Assembly: GCA_965603825.1 (NCBI GenBank) | Contig: CBFDEM010000041.1 | Location: 62,001-126,000 of the forward strand | Direction: 5' to 3' | DNA: 64,000 bases | Source: Blepharisma stoltei ATCC 30299 | Lineage: Eukaryota; Protista; Ciliophora | Shown: positions 57,471 through 64,000 of the stretch, piece by piece | Position numbering within the stretch: position 1 is the first letter of the stretch | Layout: each line of letters begins with the position of its first letter | Made by a program: the position numbers and the translations under genes | Notes under the pieces: generated by a model | Told to the model about the DNA's origin: nothing | The model's input: only the letters and a program-made list of their open reading frames with translations | Database searches by the model: none

Positions 57471-58229
57471 CTATGAATATCTTGGCACATACGTTGGGGA
57501 TGGACTTTCTGTATCTTTTGAAGGACTATCATTAAGATTTGAATTTTTTTCTACTAATATCTGAGGTCTCAAAATACGATGATTTCTAACCGGATTATCT
57601 GAAATTGGCTTTAATTTAATGATTTTTTCTTCAGAATTATTTTCCTTTTGTTTATTTTCTATTTCTTTAATTTTCAATAATGATGTATCAAACTTTTCAA
57701 AAGCTCTTTCTTTACCATCAAAATTGACCTTTAATTGAATTTCTTTAGCTTTTTGAATTTTTCTTTTCATAATTTTCATCCCTTGAGTATTAAAAATCCC
57801 TCTTTCTTCTGAGTTTTCTTGCTCAAAAATTTTTAATTTTCCTGACAAATTCGCAGTTTTGGATTTTTCATAAATTTTGATAATACGTGATTTTTTAGGA
57901 TGTGAAAATAGCATAGGGACTTCAGGCATATCAAGTCTTTCAAATCATTTTTTGCCGGTTTGGATATCTCTAAAATAATGATTTGAAGTCGTTAAATTTT
58001 TTTTATGTCGTTGAGAAGGCTTATTAATCAAAGATTTCATTGTATTTGTGATAAAAGTTGTGGTGTTATTTTTGGAGCTATCGGAAAATCTTGATTGAGG
58101 TCTTGACCTTACACTGGTTGAAGGCCGGGTTATGGGCTTGCTGCTTGATTTTGTATAAACAACTGGGGTGGCACTGCCAATCAAAATATCTTTTATTGTC
58201 AATGTATTTGATTTTTGAATGTTAAACAT
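57471..58229 (-). CDS. Basic low-complexity hypothetical protein (may be the 5' part of the 55602-57374 gene)
   Basis: Two ORFs join through TGA 57945-57947; ends at TAG 57471-57473. Confidence 0.6.
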
Positions 58230-58566
58230 TGGCGCTTCTTATGTTTTGCCAAAATATTGGTATATTTTCCATTCACAATTAACGAAAATGAAAAATTTTC
58301 ATATTTTTTAATCTTATTTAATTAATTATTCAAAATTGCAAATTATCTAAAGTTTTATCGACAAAGCAAGTACATAAATTCCTTAAAAAATTAAATTAAA
58401 TTATACAAATATTTATGGCAATATCACAATTGTTATTAATATTAGTATCTTTTATTAAGATATAAAGCTAAAATAAGTTTTCTTATGATTATCCTTATAT
58501 AGCAATTTCCTAAAAATCTTGTGCCCACTATTTAATTGTATAAAGTGACAATAGTTGAAATAAATA

Positions 58567-59739
58567 ATGGCATTCTTGCAAAAAATAGGAGCAGAAAAGG
58601 TAAAATACGAGTTAAATGTAAACATCCATTATGTGAATGCCAAACTAACTAATAAGGAAAAGCTAAAAGTTCTTGCTAAAAGAGGACGAGGGCTTGAAGA
58701 AACACAACCAATGCAATATGATTCTATCCGTTCTAATGTAATTTTTGAGTATCCCTTATCATTTGAGATCACAATGCACAAGAAAAGCGAAAAATATGTT
58801 AGGAAAATTATTAGCTTTAAACTTATAGAGCTCCAAGGAGAAAAATCTATTACTATCGGAAAAGCTGAGTATGATTTTTCTGATCTTGCAAATAATTTCG
58901 GAATTAACGCAGAAAAACTAGAGCTCCCATTAAAAGGCTGCTCAGACAAATCTGCTATGATATGTGTAAGTATGAGCCTTGACCACATCAATAAAATAAG
59001 GTCTCATACAGCAGCTACTCTACATATTGATAATAAGTTCCAAGAAAGTGACGTTTCTCTTCAAAAAGTCCACAATGAGCCACAATTTTTACCAAAAATT
59101 CAGCCTAAGAGAGTTATCGTATGCAAAGGCTCAGGAGATGAAGAAGACACCTATGATATTCTCAGCCAATCAACAATAATCACAAGCACCAAAGATTTTG
59201 ATTTACTTATTGATGAAGCTCCAGGTATAAACGACAACAAAGTCAAGGATAAAAAATTTATTTCCAAGGATACAAGTGATATAAAAAACCAGAGAAATCG
59301 AAGTGGGACTGTCCCTTACCAAGTAGAAACTAATTTCCAGCAAAAATCTGTGCAAAATAATGAGCAGCACAAACAATTATCTGTTGAAGTATATACTTCT
59401 AGGCCAAAATCAAATACTATTGCAGATCCGACCTCACCTGTAGATTCAACGTCAAAAGGAGACAAACTAAAATGACTGGCTGATTTTGATGCAGCTCAAA
59501 AAAAGTTTGTGGATCCTAAGGATTCTAATATTGATTCTGAAGAATCAAGCTCTGATGAAGATTTACTTGATGTAAGCTCTGAAGTTCAGACGACTCCGCC
59601 GAGATCATTTATGAAAGAAATTAAACCAAATATGAAAAGTCATGAAAAAGAAATTGAAAATAGAGAAACCAATGCAGGCTTGTCTGGACCAGGACAAGGT
59701 TCGACTTGTGCAGCTTGCAAGGGGTGCATTTTACTTTAG
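58567..59739 (+). CDS. NT-C2 (EEIG1/EHBP1-type) domain protein with a C-terminal CaaX (CILL)
   Basis: KVKYELNVNIH..KRG..FEITMHK..RKIISF..IGKAEYDFSDLAN..LPLKGC; TGA 59473-59475 read as Trp; ends CAACKGCILL*. Confidence 0.8.
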
Positions 59740-59873
59740 TATAAATTTTTATTAATTAATTATTGGATGTTTTCTTTTTTAACAATCAGCTATGCCAGTA
59801 AACTTACAATATGGATTTTTGGGATTTTATATCGATTCTTATTATATAAAAATTAAAGGAATAATAAACTGTA

Positions 59874-60329
59874 TTACTGACTATTACTTTTTGATTCAAT
59901 ATTAATTGTGACTGGCCCATCATTCAATAGTGAAATATTCATATACTGCCCAAAGGCACCAGTTTGAATTTTCTCCGGCCCATATACATTTCTCAGTTCC
60001 TGTACAAATAATTCATATAAATTTCTTGCGTCTTCATTTGCCATTGCATTATGAAAGTCTGGCCTATTGCCTTTCATTACTGCATAAAGAGTGAATTGGG
60101 AAACCACCAAAACTTCGTAATTTTTTTGCATAACATTGAGGGTTCAGGCTTTATCTCCATCTGCCCATATACGAATATTTAAGAGTTTTCTAGCCATTTG
60201 CCTTGTAATTTCTTCAGTATCATCTCTAGAGATTCCAAGTAAGACCATAATGCCAGGGCCAATAGCTCCTGTAACGACTCCTTCTGAGGTAACAGATCCG
60301 GATAGCACCCTTTGGATTACAAGTCTCAT
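59874..60329 (-). CDS. DTD1: D-aminoacyl-tRNA deacylase
   Basis: MRLVIQRV, LLGI, A-W(TGA), VSQFTL, KGNRPDFH, GAFG, NDGPVT. Confidence 0.96.
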
Positions 60330-60375
60330 CTGGATCTTTATTAATAAAAAAATTTAGAAATAAATGTAATTTTAA

Positions 60376-62031
60376 TTAAGTATTTTTCTTACCTTGTGGA
60401 ATATTTGGCCTCTCAGGGATTTTTTCATGCCTAGTTTCAAGTAATTTCGCCATAAGGAATCCCCAAATTAGATGATATTGGATTGTATTATCAGCTTGAT
60501 GCCTTGCCATTTCCCAGAAATGTATATTGCTTAGCCAGGCGCTGTCCAAAATGACACGCTCTCCTTCACTTAAACACTGAGTGATAGAATTCCCATAAAG
60601 CGCCCTGATATTTTCAATATCCTTGGCTTTTCTATTTGCGTTTTTCATAAAATTCATTTCATTCTGCTCTGTTTCCTTCAAAAGCTCTTTTAACGCATCC
60701 AGCTCTTTATACATAAACTTAAAATGCATCATAAAATATTCATTTATATCAGAAATTTTTTCCTGCTCATGTTTTGACCAATTTGAAATAGCCTGGTGCA
60801 GGTGCAAATACAAATCTTTATTTCCCAAATTATAAGGTAAAATTTCTTGTATTGAGGCAAACTGCTTCAGTAGCTCTGCATAGCCGTTTAAGCTCTCTGA
60901 AAGTCTGTTAAGGTCTTCCATTACAGACATCCCTTGTTTTTTTATTCTTTTTTTGAGTGCTTCAGATGACATTATATATTCATTTAATTTTTGTATTTCC
61001 ATTTTCCTTTGAGAAGTGCTGCATTTAAGCTTCCCATCTAAAGACACAAATTGATTTATATTTTCAATTTTTTTTGCCTTGCTTGCCTGTTTTCGATAAT
61101 TTTGAAATCCTTTCGCGTTTTCATCTTTTAAAAATTCTAATAAATGGGCTGATTTTCTGGTTAATGGGTTTCGGATTAAAGTTTTTATAAATCTTTTGAG
61201 GATCATTTGCCGCTTTATTGTTTTTTCTTCGTCAATATTTTCTTTGATCTTTTTTTGTTGCACAGGAGGGATAAAATTCCCTGGGATTTCTAGCAGCATC
61301 ACTTCTCTGAGCCAAATAAAATCGGTATATCTACGCTTCACAGACCATTGAAAAGGAGAAGTCTTTATTGTGTAGACAAGGTATTGTGGTGAAAATAACC
61401 CTCCTTGGACTAATTCAGGGAAGGAAATATCGATTTCTAAATTGTCATATTGTGATAATTCAGTTTCAGGGAGCTGCCTGCACGAGATTTCATAAAATTT
61501 TTCTTCTGAATGCCGAGGGTCTTCGTCTTGGCAGACAAGAATATCTGCATCAAATTCTGGGTCATTTTCAGGCTGATTTATTTCTTCAGAATTTTTTGAG
61601 TTTTCATTCATGGCTGTGGGCAATTTTTCGACCTGTGGGTTTGAGGAATCGCTGAAGTTAGTCTTTGGGGTATGAGGCTGTATAGAGTAGTCAATTTCTG
61701 ATTTCTTTTCTTCAGAGTCCTTTGCAGACTGATTTTTGGGTGATGGGACAATTTGGCGAGATTTATTTTTGCTTTCTTCTTCTTTTTTGGCTTGATTTTC
61801 TATATCTTCTAAGCTCTGTCCTGGCCTATATAGTAGCTTAAATTGTCTTACACAAAGCTGAAGATCATCAAAAGTTCAATCATCGATATCTCCTTTTTCT
61901 TTAGACTCGAAAAACCATGTGAATAATTCTTGATCGTAATGCATATCAAGTATTTCTTCTCTTAGAAATTTTCGTTTAGCTTTTCTTTCTGCTTCTGTAA
62001 GAAAATCTTCTTCTTCATACTCTGAGCCCAT
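60376..62031 (-). CDS. PX-BAR sorting nexin with an N-terminal helical extension
   Basis: YLVYTIKT..WSVKRRYTDFIWLR..IPPV PX motif and a helical C-terminus. ATG 62031 is in frame through one TGA. Confidence 0.88.
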
Positions 62032-62555
62032 TTTCGTGGGATTTTATAAAAATATGTTGACCTATTATTATTTCAAGCAAAATTTTCTACTTTGTTCTTA
62101 AATTCAATTGTAAAAAATTAAATAATTTATTTTAGCAAACCCATATCTTTAATTAGTTTTCCTAATAAAAATAAAAATTATTATTTATTTATTTAATTTA
62201 AAAATTCATGACTATCATACTCTTATTTTTGCCTAGTAAATCATTCTTTCTTTCTTTCAAATAAGCCTTGTAGTAAAAATTTTATTTGCTCAAAAAACAA
62301 CATGAGAACCTATTTTGAATTAAATTTGCTCTATATACCATTAATTATCCTTGAATTTTGAACCCTAATTATAGGCGGCTTATTTTGTTAAAATATTTTT
62401 TAATGAGCTTGGCTTGACTAATTAGCTTTAATTAAGCTAGAACAATTTTCAAAATCCTTAAAAATCTAGTTAGGAAAAATCATATGAGTAACTGGCGCCC
62501 AGTATGATTTAAATTCCATAGTTTCTAGAAGCGAAAATTTCATCCATAATATTAA

Positions 62556-63851
62556 ATGTCAAGCGCTGATTGAACTATGAACTGCCCGCTCCATTGGTAT
62601 GGCAGCGGAGACTCTTTAGTATTCTTAGGACTTGTAAGCCTTACTTAGATTGGTCTCACATTGATGGAATACGGCCTTTCAAGGAAAGGATTTGGAAATC
62701 ATCTCATGTTCAAAAATTGGGTCCAATTTTCTGTAGGTATTGTGGCATGGTGGCTTATTGGCTATGCCTTTTCCTTTGGTAATGCTGGAAATCACAGCAA
62801 CTTTATTGGTGAGAAGTATTTTGGAGGCGAAGATTGGCTTCTCGACAGGATTAGTAACCATGGCGCCTGTGCTTCCTATTTCGCTTTGATAGGCTTCTTT
62901 GTGATATTTATTATCAATGGAGCTATCATGGAAAGAGCGCACTACTGGGTCTACCCATTCCTAGCTTGGTGGGTTATGGTTTGGATTTGGCCAGTAGTTG
63001 TAGCCTGGGGATGGGGCTGGGGCTGGCTTATGGGAGAAGTTGGAGATGAAAACAACCTAATTGACTACGGTGGAGCAATCACCATCTATATTTTCGCTGG
63101 TACTTTCGCCCTTGTAGGCGCTATTATCATTGGAAAAAGAGTTGGGAGATTTGACCAAGAGCACGTCCAAAGCGGGTTTGAAATGACTCACTACCCAATT
63201 TATGTCATTGGAGCTTTACTGACTATTTTGGGCGTCTGGTCCATTAACATTGCTCAAACCGAAACAGCTAATGCTTTTGGCATTGCAGAAGTAAATACTT
63301 GGATTTGTGGAGGCGCCTCTTCAATTGTTGCTCTTAAACTTCTTACTTTGGGACATAGAGACTTGAGAATCCATTACATTTCTGTATTCCAAGGATTCAT
63401 TGCTGGGCAAGTACTTATTTCTTCTTCTGCTTTTGATACCACTCCTTGGCAATCAGGAATTTGTGGACTCATGGCTGGAATTGCCTTCTTCTTAGGTGTT
63501 AAGTGTTGTGAAATGTTCAAAATTGATGATCCTATGAATATCACTGGAACATTCTTCTTCCCAGGCCTTATTGGAGGATTTTTACCTGGATTTATAACTG
63601 ATTCATATGGAGTCTTCTGGGAAGGAACTGAAGGGCATACCCTCTCAACTCAAGTTGTTGGTGTTTGTGTAATTTTTGGATGGTCAGCTTTCTGGGCTAT
63701 TATTACTTTTGGAATTCTAAAGTTCCTTAAAAAGCACAGACTCTCAGACGAGATACAAAAGGCATCATTAGAAAACTGTGATATTGCACAAGAAGGATTC
63801 GTCTTAGGAGGAGGACAAAGAATCGAAGCAGAAATGGTAAAAGCATCATAA
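62556..63851 (+). CDS. AMT: Ammonium transporter (Amt/Mep family), atypical pore residues; intron 62634..62648
   Basis: WWLIGYAFSFG, FIG..YF, IINGAIMER, WGWG.GWL, DYGG, IGKRVGRF, KIDDP. The start is 62556 or 62577. Confidence 0.9.
62634..62648 (+). other. 15-nt intron GTAAGCCTTACTTAG
   Basis: In-frame TAG within TM1; removal gives LVFLGL^IGLTLMEYG. Confidence 0.88.
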
Positions 63852-64000
63852 GATTAACTTTTTAAATTTCTTAAACCTTATGAGTATTTCTCATCAAAAG
63901 TCGAAGTTTCTAGATTTGCTTAATAATTGTCAAAATTTCATTTTCAAAAATTTGAAAAATTTTTGAAATAAATATAATACTGAACTAATTCAAGCTTTTA

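Noticed and set aside
758-60146. In-frame TGAs as selenocysteine, pseudogene lesions or mitochondrial/Mycoplasma DNA
   Set aside because: The TGAs align with conserved Trp rather than Cys, and the genes are nuclear eukaryotic with spliceosomal introns.
1343-62942. Many antisense or alternate-frame ORFs in the track (e.g. 11005-11457, 31023-31445, 32773-33231, 47349-47900)
   Set aside because: They are shadows of well-supported genes on the opposite strand or in another frame and carry no motifs.

Overview
This is AT-rich, extremely gene-dense eukaryotic nuclear DNA from a heterotrich ciliate, most likely a Blepharisma macronuclear contig. Two features indicate this. (1) TGA is read as Trp: it sits at invariant Trp positions (kinase DxWS, MCU WDxMEP, DHHCxWxNNC, rhomboid WR), while TAA and TAG terminate genes. 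(2) The introns are tiny 15-16 nt GTA...AG introns with an A near position 10. Re-reading the ORF track with these rules merges the fragments into about 40 genes. These include RSM22/METTL17, three kinases plus a CDPK, UNC119, a kinesin, GMPPB, RNase H2C, a 7TM-PIP-kinase fusion, a DHHC, an MFS transporter, eIF5B, OAT, MCU, a minimal USP, a DENN protein, a rhomboid, TSPO, a P4-ATPase, a POT1-like protein, VPS72, a Tpt1 fusion, DTD, a sorting nexin and an Amt. The main highlights are: a Tpt1 2'-phosphotransferase fused to two catalytically degenerate ERI1-type exonuclease domains; a cluster of three ~77-aa signal-anchor microproteins that align without gaps; a hidden intron-split gene with a HEIP1/REDIC1-like MNWMGG N-terminus; an Amt lacking both twin-His residues; and two tandem duplications of head-to-head gene pairs with reciprocal decay. 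I recognised no rRNA, tRNA, CRISPR, telomere or transposase. Family assignments come from motif recognition by eye; no database search was run.
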